32,000 nt of DNA, taken from the NCBI GenBank assembly GCA_026387835.1, contig JAPLKZ010000006.1, forward strand, positions 29,104 to 61,103, written 5' to 3'. This document shows, one piece after another, positions 1 through 7,934 of this stretch. Positions within the stretch are counted from its first letter, which is position 1, and every line of letters starts with the position of its first letter. Below the pieces are notes generated by a model that saw only the letters and a list, made by a program, of their open reading frames with translations, searched no databases and had not been told where the DNA came from. The translations under genes were made by a program, and so were the position numbers. The stretch is from Candidatus Saganbacteria bacterium (GTDB lineage: Bacteria > Margulisbacteria > WOR-1 > JAKLHX01).

Positions 1-47
1 AGCATGACCCCGTTGTATATCACCTGGGTCACAAAATCCTGTGTCAT
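1..47 (-). CDS. fliQ: Flagellar export protein FliQ, N-terminus only (runs off window edge)
   Basis: Minus-strand ATG at 47 gives MTQDFVTQVIYNGVM..., immediately after the fliP stop, where fliQ normally sits. Confidence 0.65.
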   Translation of the reverse strand, partial: MTQDFVTQVIYNGVM

Positions 48-49
48 GT

Positions 50-790
50 TCAGCTAAAGCTCATCATCAGGCCTCTGGTGATAAGGTTCCACCCGTCGGC
101 CAGTACAAAAAGGAGTATCTTAAAAGGAAGAGAGACCATTACAGGGGACAGCATGAACATACCCAGCGACAGTAATATATTGGCGACCACAAGATCAATA
201 ACGATGAACGGGACAAATATAAGAAACCCGATCTGGAAAGCGGTCTTAAGCTCGCTTATCATGAAAGCGGGGATGAGGACATAGGTAGGTACCTGCGAAA
301 AACTTGTGGGCCTGGGGATACGCGAGAACTGTATGAAAAGACTGAGATCGTTCTCCCTGGTCTGCCTGAACATGAATTTTCTTAGAGGTTCCATCCCCAC
401 TTCGAAAGCCTTGACCTGGCTGATCTTTTTCTGGTTATAGGGGACTAAAGCTTTTGTGTTGATCTCCTGCCATACCGGCGTCATAACGAATACGGTCATA
501 AAAAGCGAAAGCCCGATGATGACCGAGTTCGGAGGCACCTGCTGTGTTCCGACTGCGACCCTGATAAGGCCGAGAACGATTATCATCCTCAGGAAAGAAG
601 TCACCGATATAAGGAAAAAAGGGGCTAAAGTTATCAGCGAGAGAGTTATCAGAAGCTGAACTGAGTTACTGAACCTTTCAGGGGTCAGGAGGGTCGAAAT
701 ATTAATGCCGCCGGGTGATATTGCCGGCGCCGAGAACGCGGGACCTGCCGTAATAAACAATGCGGCAAGGATACTTATATATTTTTTCAT
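50..790 (-). CDS. fliP: Flagellar biosynthetic protein FliP
   Basis: 246 aa with signal peptide and typical FliP regions (LAPFFLISVTSFLRMIIVLGLIRVAVGTQQVPPNSVIIGLSLFMTVFVMTPVW; IPAFMISELKTAFQIGFLIFVPFIVIDLVVANILLSLGMFMLSP). Confidence 0.98.
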   Translation of the reverse strand: MKKYISILAALFITAGPAFSAPAISPGGINISTLLTPERFSNSVQLLITLSLITLAPFFLISVTSFLRMIIVLGLIRVAVGTQQVPPNSVIIGLSLFMTVFVMTPVWQEINTKALVPYNQKKISQVKAFEVGMEPLRKFMFRQTRENDLSLFIQFSRIPRPTSFSQVPTYVLIPAFMISELKTAFQIGFLIFVPFIVIDLVVANILLSLGMFMLSPVMVSLPFKILLFVLADGWNLITRGLMMSFS

Positions 791-1173
791 TTATCGAGCT
801 GAAAATCCTCCTCCAGCTTGTCGATCTTTGCGACCGTTTTTCCGCTGACAACAATAAGCCATGCGGATTTGCCGGCTTTGATGATATACGAAGATACCTG
901 AGGTTCAATAGTCAGTCTGTCCACTATTTCTATGAACCTGCCTTTAGTCCCGCTCTGGAATTTAGGGAATACGTATTTTGCCGCGAGATATATGAACCCG
1001 AAGACCACAAGCAGCGAAAATATCAATTGCACGATATATCCGAAAGAGATTATTGAGGAAGGACCGGCCGCGGCGGAACTTTCTGTAGTTGAAAAATAAG
1101 CCGCATCAACAGCAAAAGCCCTGCAGGAAAGCAGCAGTTGGATCACTGACAAATGGCAGAGGTATTTTTTCAT
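787..1173 (-). CDS. fliO: Flagellar biosynthetic protein FliO-like
   Basis: 128 aa; signal/TM segment then a soluble domain with KGRFIEIVDRLTIEPQVSSYIIKAGKSAWLIVVSG; lies between fliN and fliP with 4-nt overlaps. Confidence 0.85.
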   Translation of the reverse strand: MKKYLCHLSVIQLLLSCRAFAVDAAYFSTTESSAAAGPSSIISFGYIVQLIFSLLVVFGFIYLAAKYVFPKFQSGTKGRFIEIVDRLTIEPQVSSYIIKAGKSAWLIVVSGKTVAKIDKLEEDFQLDK

Positions 1174-1481
1174 TTATTTATGCAGACTTTGGTGACCCTG
1201 ATGGCGTAGCAATCATTGACAGCGACGACTTCTCCCTGGGCGACAACTTGCCCTCCCACTTTTATGTCAAGTGATTCCCCCGCGACCTTGTCCAGGCTGA
1301 TGATAGAACCTTCCGCGAGATCAAGGATCTCTCTCAACGCGATCTTGGCTTTCCCGAGTTCGACAGTTGCTTCCACGGGGATCTCAGCAAGCATCTGCTG
1401 GTCCAGACGGGGTCCGCTTTGGCTTTCCGTGATCTGAGCGAATTTTATTTTGTCAACGCCGAAACTTTCGGTTTCTGCCAA
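1170..1481 (-). CDS. fliN: Flagellar motor switch protein FliN (SpoA domain)
   Basis: 103 aa; LDQQMLAEIPVEATVELGKAKIALREILDLAEGSIISLDKVAGESLDIKVGGQVVAQGEVVAVNDCYAIRVTKV is a typical FliN C-terminal domain. Confidence 0.93.
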   Translation of the reverse strand: MAETESFGVDKIKFAQITESQSGPRLDQQMLAEIPVEATVELGKAKIALREILDLAEGSIISLDKVAGESLDIKVGGQVVAQGEVVAVNDCYAIRVTKVCINK

Positions 1482-1493
1482 TTTTATCCCTCC

Positions 1494-2597
1494 TTAATAA
1501 GCTGTATTGCCGCCATCCGAAAAATCTTCATCAGCCGATGATTCTTGTTCCGCAATAAGACCGCCAAATGCCTCTGCATTTTCGTCCGCTGCCTGACCGC
1601 TTTCCTGAACAGACATTTCTTCGGCCGGCGGTTTTTCCTGCTCAACTACGGACTCTCTGATCTTTTCAACCCTGCTTGTGCCGCTCCTCATTAATTGCAG
1701 CGAAATCTTATTATCCTTTATAGCAGGTTGGCCGAAAAGATTCAAGTGTCCTCCGATAGAAATATTTATCAGATTATAAATTGAATTATCCAGGACGATG
1801 ACGTCCCCGGCCTCCATATCGTACAGGTCCTTGGCCGATATATATGTCGAGCCAAGGTCGGAAACTAAATTGAAAGTGATCTTTTCCGTGTTCAAATACT
1901 TTATTTTTTCAATCCTGGGGGCGGGTCTTGAACGATCTGCTTTTCTTAACAGCTCTTTCACGAGCCTGGCCGGGACGGCCAAAAAGATCCTGCCGGTCTT
2001 ATTCTGGTCAAAGCCGATATCGATGTCAAAGAAAACAAAAACAGCTGAATCGATGACAGACTGGTCAAAATAGGGCACGGGAGACCCGGACAAGATCAAG
2101 TCGGACAGAGCCGCGTCACCCAGTAACTTTGAAGCGTCGGCATTTATACAGGTGAAGAGAATGCTCTTTTCTATTTCCGTAAGCTCTTTTGCGGATCCCA
2201 GCGCTTCATAGCTGCCTATGCATTTATCGATCAGATAATTGCAGATATTTGATTCGATATACAGGAAAATGCTTCCAAAATCCGGATCGTTGAACTGGAA
2301 CTGCGCGACCGGCCGCTGGATCCTTTTCAGGATCATAGGCGGGTTCAGCTGTTCGGCGGAAATAGCCCGTACAATAAGGTTCGCTTCCGATGCTTTATTG
2401 AGAGAAGACGCAAAACTTTCGGAAAAATTCAGGAAAAGAAGCAGCGCGGAGTATCGCTCGCTGTCGGCAAGTTTTGCAGGGCCTCTGATAACGGGCGAGT
2501 CTTCTTTAGCCCTGTGATGGTCAGGTTTATAAACAGTCCAGTCGCCTATTGCCGGCTGCAGAAGCAAGGTGATCTTATTCTTTTTGCCGTTTGCCAT
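1494..2597 (-). CDS. fliM: Divergent FliM-like flagellar switch protein with acidic C-terminal tail
   Basis: Likely start is the internal ATG (MANGKKNKITLLLQP...), not the upstream start in the ORF track, which would overlap the previous gene. FliM-like middle region (LNPPMILKRIQRPVAQFQFND...) plus a C-terminal SpoA-like segment; operon position fits. Confidence 0.7.
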   Translation of the reverse strand: MANGKKNKITLLLQPAIGDWTVYKPDHHRAKEDSPVIRGPAKLADSERYSALLLFLNFSESFASSLNKASEANLIVRAISAEQLNPPMILKRIQRPVAQFQFNDPDFGSIFLYIESNICNYLIDKCIGSYEALGSAKELTEIEKSILFTCINADASKLLGDAALSDLILSGSPVPYFDQSVIDSAVFVFFDIDIGFDQNKTGRIFLAVPARLVKELLRKADRSRPAPRIEKIKYLNTEKITFNLVSDLGSTYISAKDLYDMEAGDVIVLDNSIYNLINISIGGHLNLFGQPAIKDNKISLQLMRSGTSRVEKIRESVVEQEKPPAEEMSVQESGQAADENAEAFGGLIAEQESSADEDFSDGGNTAY

Positions 2598-2602
2598 TAT
2601 TA

Positions 2603-3451
2603 TCAGCTTGTTCTCTGTATGAACTGAGTTATAGTATCGTTTACCAGCCTGATAACCGTCAGGCATGCGCTCTCCGCCCTTTGCATCTCGAGAGAGTCAA
2701 CGACCTCTGAAGTATAGATGACATTCGACTGCTCTTTACTCCTGGGGCTGATGATCCCTACGGATTCGTTGCCGGGGGCAGAAGGATTTGCGGGATCGCC
2801 GGATGAAAGCGTCTGCGAGAAATTTGTCCCGTCCCTGTATTCAAGTCCGGAAGGGTTGGGGAATGAAGTCAAAGCTATCTGGTGATTAAGTTCATCTCCG
2901 TATATGCCGGTTATGGAATCATAAGATTTCCTCAAAACCCCATTGGCGTCAAAAGTTACCTTTGTGGGATCATATGTCTGTCCGGTAAGGTCTATTGCTT
3001 CAAGCTGGGCAGAAGATACGCCTCCGTTCCTTTTGAAACCATATACCTGCATGCCGTTGACCGATAACAATTTGTTGTTATTGACCGTGAACTGTCCGTT
3101 CCTGGTATAAAGAAATGAATTGCCGTTGTCCGGAGACAGGATAAAAAGGCCATTTCCCGATATTGCAAGATCCATATTTGTGCTTCCGACCACATCACCC
3201 TGTCTGAAATCAATAAGAGAATTTGCGACAGCCGTGGTCCCTCCGGTCTGTTGAGGGTTTGTCCCTCCTTCCTCTCCGTAAAAAGAGCTTCCGGTCCCGG
3301 ATTTTACGACGTGTGAGAACACTTCCTCGAAAGAAATATCAGTCCTTTTATATCCGGGGATAGATAGGTTCGTTATATTCGATGAGATCGTCCTGAGCTT
3401 GGTGTTATAAGCATCTATCGCGTTGTTTGCCTGGGACATTACATCCAACAT
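2603..3451 (-). CDS. flgE: Flagellar hook / hook-basal body protein (FlgE/FlgG family)
   Basis: 282 aa; N-terminal ISSNITNLSIPGYKRTDISFEEVF, DLAISGNGLFILSPDNGNSFLYTRNGQFTVNNNKLLSVNGMQVYGF, C-terminal SEVVDSLEMQRAESACLTVIRLVND; adjacent to flgD. Confidence 0.9.
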   Translation of the reverse strand: MLDVMSQANNAIDAYNTKLRTISSNITNLSIPGYKRTDISFEEVFSHVVKSGTGSSFYGEEGGTNPQQTGGTTAVANSLIDFRQGDVVGSTNMDLAISGNGLFILSPDNGNSFLYTRNGQFTVNNNKLLSVNGMQVYGFKRNGGVSSAQLEAIDLTGQTYDPTKVTFDANGVLRKSYDSITGIYGDELNHQIALTSFPNPSGLEYRDGTNFSQTLSSGDPANPSAPGNESVGIISPRSKEQSNVIYTSEVVDSLEMQRAESACLTVIRLVNDTITQFIQRTS

Positions 3452-3472
3452 AAAACGGCCCCCCCTTTCTTA

Positions 3473-3940
3473 TTAAGATACTTTCGTTATTATCGACGGT
3501 TTAATGGTCCTGTCCCCAAGGTCTAGCATAGTGGCGTCGTTCTCAAGCACCACACTTTTCACCGCTCCTGAGGCAGCTGCTCCTGTTGCGGGGTCTAAAT
3601 AATCCACTGTTTTTCCGATCAAGTTGCTCCAGACGGTAAGCTCCATCTGGGGGATCGTAGGCAGGCCGATGCCTGAAGTGCTCTGACCGCCCAGGGCCTG
3701 GGTCAGGAGCGACGTATCTGAACCGAAAAGCGAATTTGTCGATGAACCGAATATCGAAGACGATTGATCGTTCGAATTACTGCCGAAAAGAGAACTGAGG
3801 TCCGGAGAAGACATCTGCGCAATAAGTATCTTCATGAAATCCGTGCTGCTCACTTTTGTCCTGGGATCAGGAGAAGACGAAGACGCAGGAGAGGCCGTAG
3901 ACTGGGTCAATAGCGAGACCGGCAAAAGTGGATCCACCAT
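3473..3940 (-). CDS. flgD: Flagellar hook assembly scaffolding protein FlgD (short form)
   Basis: 155 aa; FMKILIAQMSSPDL and NLIGKTVDYLDPATG...VKSVVLENDATMLDLGDRTI; upstream of flgE in the transcript. Confidence 0.8.
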   Translation of the reverse strand: MVDPLLPVSLLTQSTASPASSSSPDPRTKVSSTDFMKILIAQMSSPDLSSLFGSNSNDQSSSIFGSSTNSLFGSDTSLLTQALGGQSTSGIGLPTIPQMELTVWSNLIGKTVDYLDPATGAAASGAVKSVVLENDATMLDLGDRTIKPSIITKVS

Positions 3941-3955
3941 AATTATTCCTCCTTT

Positions 3956-4909
3956 TTATATTTGATTATAGACCATCGAATCGCCTTTATTAAGCAATAA
4001 TGCAAGCTGAAAATATGAATTATTGAGATCAAAACTGTTCCCTGCACTGACGGTATTTTTTTCAAGGCCGCCGGCACTAAGGATATTTTTAACGCTGTCC
4101 TGGTCTTTTGAGGGCGTCTCTCTGTTCTGCTGGCTGTTGACCGAGACCGAGAGCGAGCCGATGTTAAGGTTTGCCGTCTTTAAAGCTTCCTGCAGCTTCT
4201 TGATATTTGCATCAAGAAGAGATTTCGCGTTTTCACCGGCAAATATTTGTACAGTGAGAACACCCTTGTCGGAGGAAATGTTCAGCGTCATATTGCCGAG
4301 CCATTCCGGCTTAAGGTCTAAGACAAGTTCCGTCTTTTCCCCGGACTTTACCAGTTTTATTGTTTCCACGATCTTATCGATGATGCTTTGGATATCTATC
4401 CTTGCTGAAAACTTCTCGATGTTCCGGATAAACTCATTAAAAGGTATCATATTTGCGCTCAGAAGAGAATTCCTGTTTTTTTGCATTATTTGCTGGAGAT
4501 CTTCAACGGCCCGGCCCGAATATTTTGATTTATCGCCGTTTGAAATATCCTTATCCTGTCCCTGCAAGTTTCTTGCGTTATTTTCGACAAAAGATGTTTT
4601 TGCGCTTGGCCTGGCCGCATAGTTGCTCAAAAAACCGTTGTCGTCGAGATCATTTTTGAAGGAATCGGAAAGACGATCACGATCAAAACTAAGATTAAAC
4701 ATCGCACTGACATAACCTATCGGCAAGAAAGAGGTAATATCGGACAGCTCATCCGGCGTCTCTTTTTTTTCATCGATCTTCTTTTGTGAGTCTTTCAAGT
4801 TTTTATCAAAATCAGGAGGATGATCGGTGATAACAGGAGATCTATAACTAACGGCGTCTGAAATACTGTGTTCAAAGGCCTGATTAGTCATTATTTTGGG
4901 GTCATTCAT
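3956..4909 (-). CDS. fliK: FliK-like flagellar hook-length control protein
   Basis: 317 aa; low-complexity N-terminus and C-terminal LVLDLKPEWLGNMTLNISSDKGVLTVQIFAGENAKSLLDANIKKLQEALKTANLNIGSLSVSV, typical of the FliK C-terminal domain. Confidence 0.82.
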   Translation of the reverse strand: MNDPKIMTNQAFEHSISDAVSYRSPVITDHPPDFDKNLKDSQKKIDEKKETPDELSDITSFLPIGYVSAMFNLSFDRDRLSDSFKNDLDDNGFLSNYAARPSAKTSFVENNARNLQGQDKDISNGDKSKYSGRAVEDLQQIMQKNRNSLLSANMIPFNEFIRNIEKFSARIDIQSIIDKIVETIKLVKSGEKTELVLDLKPEWLGNMTLNISSDKGVLTVQIFAGENAKSLLDANIKKLQEALKTANLNIGSLSVSVNSQQNRETPSKDQDSVKNILSAGGLEKNTVSAGNSFDLNNSYFQLALLLNKGDSMVYNQI

Positions 4910-4944
4910 TTATTTCCCTCTTCAATAGACTCATCGTTGCAATA

Positions 4945-4973
4945 ACTATATACTATGTATCGAAAAAAATCAA
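4945..4973 (-). promoter_or_regulatory. Sigma70-type promoter for the flagellar cluster
   Basis: Minus strand TTGATT (4968-4973), 17-nt spacer, TATAGT (4945-4950), upstream of the fliK-like start at 4909. Confidence 0.55.
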
Positions 4974-4984
4974 TATGTTTTCAA

Positions 4985-5066
4985 TGCCGCGGGAGAGACT
5001 CGAACTCTCAAGCCGTTAGGCATACGCACCTCAAACGTACGTGTATACCAGTTCCACCACCGCGGC
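4985..5066 (-). tRNA. tRNA-Leu (anticodon GAG)
   Basis: Acceptor GCCGCGG/CCGCGGC with A discriminator; anticodon arm TACGT-TTGAGGT-GCGTA; variable arm; T arm GAGAG-TTCGAGT-CTCTC. CCA not encoded. Confidence 0.93.
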
Positions 5067-5091
5067 AAGCCATCGGTCCGGCTATATGACA

Positions 5092-5121
5092 ATAATATTA
5101 TATATTGGGATGTTATGTCAA
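5092..5121 (-). promoter_or_regulatory. Sigma70-type promoter for tRNA-Leu(GAG)
   Basis: Minus strand TTGACA (5116-5121), 18-nt spacer, TATTAT (5092-5097); -35 sits at the end of the murF reading frame. Confidence 0.5.
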
Positions 5122-6474
5122 GAAATTTTCCGCGATTTTTTCAAATCTCATCCCACGTGAGGCTTTAAAGAGGACAATATCACCTTTAGAAATCACATGT
5201 TTCAGCTTCCTTATAATAGCGTTTTTATCTTTGAAATGGAAATACTTGCCGCCGGGGTTGATCGATACGGCTGACAGGTAAATGTTTTTAGACAGGGTGC
5301 CCGATGTGAGAAGGACATCTATACAAAGCCCCGGTATCATCTTTCCGATGAGTTCATGCTCTTTTTTTGCGGATCTGCCGAGCTCGAACATGTCCCCGAG
5401 GACCGCGATCTTACGGCCTTTTTGTGTTGCAAGGACATCCAGTGCGGCTTTCATCGAATACGGATTGGCATTATAAGTATCGTTTATTATTTTAGCGCCA
5501 TTTTTATTGACAAAAATAGCCATTCTTTTGCCGGAAGGTCTGAAGTTGAGAAGTCCGGCCTTTATTTTATCTTCTGATATCCCCAGGACTTTTGCGGCTG
5601 CGATAGCAGAAAGAGCGTTGTAAACGTTATGTTTTCCCGGCAAAGGAAGCACTATCTTATTTCTCCCGTCCTTATTGACCAGGTCGAAACTGACCGCAGT
5701 GCCGTCGTCTTTGATATTTTCAGCCGTCATGTCAGCGCGTTTTTTTATGCCGAAAGTGACGATCCTTCTTTTCCCGCAGGATCTTTTCATCAGATCAAAA
5801 TAGTCGTCATCCCGGTTCAATATCGCCCGGCCGGTCTTTGAAAGGTAGCCAAGCACTTCCGCTTTTGCTTTTGCTATATTTTTTCTCGTCTTTAACTTTC
5901 CCAGATGGGCTTTGCCGGTATTTGTGATGACAGCGATATCGGGTGATGTTATCTTTGAAAGAAAGCCAATTTCTCCAAGACCCTGCATGCCCATCTCTAT
6001 CACCGCGAAACGGTGTTTTTTAGCCAGCATGAGCAAAGTGAGAGGGACGCCGATCTCGTTATTAAGGTTCTCTTTTGTCTTCAGCGTTGTTCCTGCCTGT
6101 GACAGGACAGACGAGATCATGTCTTTTGTCGTGGTCTTGCCGCTGCTGCCCGTAACGGCTATTATTTTGGCCTTAAACTTATTCCTGTGAAAATGTGCGA
6201 TATCCTGAAGCGCTTTTAAAGCGTCAAAAACTTTTATTGTGATCTTGCCGCGGGGAATTTTATTTACAGGTCTTGAGACTATTGCGGCGGAAGCGCCTTT
6301 CCTGAAGGCTTCGTTGATAAAATTATGCCCGTCATGCGTATCTCCGATAAGCGCGATGAACAGCGAACCTTTTTTAATGGTCCTTGTATCGGTGGAAATG
6401 CCGGTGAAAGTAATGTTGTTTTTACAGGATGTCCTGCCTTTGACGGCTTTTAAGATCTCTTTTAAAATAAACAT
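5113..6474 (-). CDS. murF: UDP-N-acetylmuramoyl-tripeptide--D-alanyl-D-alanine ligase (MurF)
   Basis: 453 aa; GDTHDGHNFINEAFRKGA, AVTGSSGKTTTKDMI, ITNTGKAHL, LPGKHNVYNALSAIAAA, NDTYNANPYSMKAALDVL. Confidence 0.96.
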   Translation of the reverse strand: MFILKEILKAVKGRTSCKNNITFTGISTDTRTIKKGSLFIALIGDTHDGHNFINEAFRKGASAAIVSRPVNKIPRGKITIKVFDALKALQDIAHFHRNKFKAKIIAVTGSSGKTTTKDMISSVLSQAGTTLKTKENLNNEIGVPLTLLMLAKKHRFAVIEMGMQGLGEIGFLSKITSPDIAVITNTGKAHLGKLKTRKNIAKAKAEVLGYLSKTGRAILNRDDDYFDLMKRSCGKRRIVTFGIKKRADMTAENIKDDGTAVSFDLVNKDGRNKIVLPLPGKHNVYNALSAIAAAKVLGISEDKIKAGLLNFRPSGKRMAIFVNKNGAKIINDTYNANPYSMKAALDVLATQKGRKIAVLGDMFELGRSAKKEHELIGKMIPGLCIDVLLTSGTLSKNIYLSAVSINPGGKYFHFKDKNAIIRKLKHVISKGDIVLFKASRGMRFEKIAENFLT

Positions 6475-6503
6475 TTAATTAGAATAAATGGATCTGTCTG
6501 TAC

Positions 6504-6524
6504 GGGCGGGTTTAAAACCCGCCC
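6504..6524. other. GC-rich inverted repeat between murF and rho (no U-tract)
   Basis: GGGCGGG-TTTAAAA-CCCGCCC, 7-bp perfect stem, no adjacent T-run on either strand. Confidence 0.6.
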
Positions 6525-6535
6525 CTTCAATATGA

Positions 6536-7780
6536 TTACTTCACATCCGCGCTGTCAAGAAACTGCTTGTTCGACTTGTATTCCTTCAGCCTGTCTATCA
6601 GCTGTTCGGCAGCCTCTGTGCCTTCGAAGCTGTCCAGGACCTTTCTCAGCAGCCAGACTTTTTTGAGTTCCTCTTCCGTAAGGAGAAGTTCTTCTTTCCT
6701 TGTGCCGGACATGCGGACGTCAAGTGCAGGGAATATCCTCCTGTCCGAAAGTTTCCTGTTCAGATGAAGCTCCATGTTCCCCGTGCCCTTGAACTCTTCA
6801 TATATGACATCGTCCATCCTGCTCCCCGTCTCGACAAGGGCTGTTGCCAGGATCGTCAGGGAACCGCCGCCCTCAATGTTCCTTGCGGCACCGAAAAATC
6901 TCTTTGGCCTGTGAAGGCAGGTAGGGTCAAGGCCTCCCGAAAGAGTCCTTCCAGACGGCGGGGTCACGAGATTATACGCCCTTGCAAGCCTTGTTATGGA
7001 ATCAAGCAGTATAACAACGTTCTTGTTGGCTTCGACAAGGCGTTTTGCGCTTTCAAGCACCAGTTCGGCGACCCTTATGTGATTTTCAGGGGGTTCGTCG
7101 AAGGTAGAACTGACAACTTCGCCCTTTACGCAGCGTTCCATGTCGGTCACTTCTTCCGGACGCTCGTCGACCAGAAGTACTTTTATAATAAACTCGGGAT
7201 AATTAACGGCGACGCTGTTGGCGATATTTTTTAATACCGTTGTTTTTCCGGCTTTTGGCGGTGATACGATCATGCCGCGCTGGCCCATGCCGATAGGGGA
7301 AATAAGGTCTATCAGTCTTGCGGCGATAGGACAGCCGCTATATTCAAGTACCATCCTCTGATCAGGGAATATCGGGGTCATCGCATCGAAGGGAATGCGT
7401 TCGCGGATCGATTCCGGGTCCTGGCCGTTCACGGCTTCGATCTTAAGCAGGCTGAAATATTTTTCACCCTCTTTAGGCGGCCTGACCTGGCCCTGTATCA
7501 GGTCCCCGTTCGCGAGGTCGAACCTTCTGATCTGGGTCTGGGATACATATATGTCATCCGCGCTCGGCAGGTATGTCTCCGTCCTCAGGAATCCGTAACC
7601 TTCGGGAAGTATCTCGAGCACGCCTTTTGCGAATATAAGCCCGTTGCTCTCGGTCTTTGCCTCGAGTATCTTGAATATCAGGTCGTGTTTCCTGAACTGC
7701 CTGAAATTCGGGATCTTCAGCTCCTTAGCGATCTCGAACAGTTCCGGGATCGTATTTTTCTGCAGCTCGGATATGTCCAT
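6536..7780 (-). CDS. rho: Transcription termination factor Rho
   Basis: 414 aa; [98 protein letters not shown]. Confidence 0.99.
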   Translation of the reverse strand: MDISELQKNTIPELFEIAKELKIPNFRQFRKHDLIFKILEAKTESNGLIFAKGVLEILPEGYGFLRTETYLPSADDIYVSQTQIRRFDLANGDLIQGQVRPPKEGEKYFSLLKIEAVNGQDPESIRERIPFDAMTPIFPDQRMVLEYSGCPIAARLIDLISPIGMGQRGMIVSPPKAGKTTVLKNIANSVAVNYPEFIIKVLLVDERPEEVTDMERCVKGEVVSSTFDEPPENHIRVAELVLESAKRLVEANKNVVILLDSITRLARAYNLVTPPSGRTLSGGLDPTCLHRPKRFFGAARNIEGGGSLTILATALVETGSRMDDVIYEEFKGTGNMELHLNRKLSDRRIFPALDVRMSGTRKEELLLTEEELKKVWLLRKVLDSFEGTEAAEQLIDRLKEYKSNKQFLDSADVK

Positions 7781-7885
7781 CAGGCTATCCCCCTTCTATT
7801 TTGAAATTATATTTGGTGAAAAATAGTTCAATTTTTGAGATCTTTTTGATCGGTTCGACACAAAGAATGTAGCTGACCAATATCA

Positions 7886-7914
7886 ACTATACATTATTAT
7901 AAAAAACTTGTCAA
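7886..7914 (-). promoter_or_regulatory. Sigma70-type promoter for rho
   Basis: Minus strand TTGACA (7909-7914), exact 17-nt spacer, TATAGT (7886-7891); predicted ~100-nt leader before rho. Confidence 0.7.
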
Positions 7915-7934
7915 CAACACTCGAAGGAACACTG

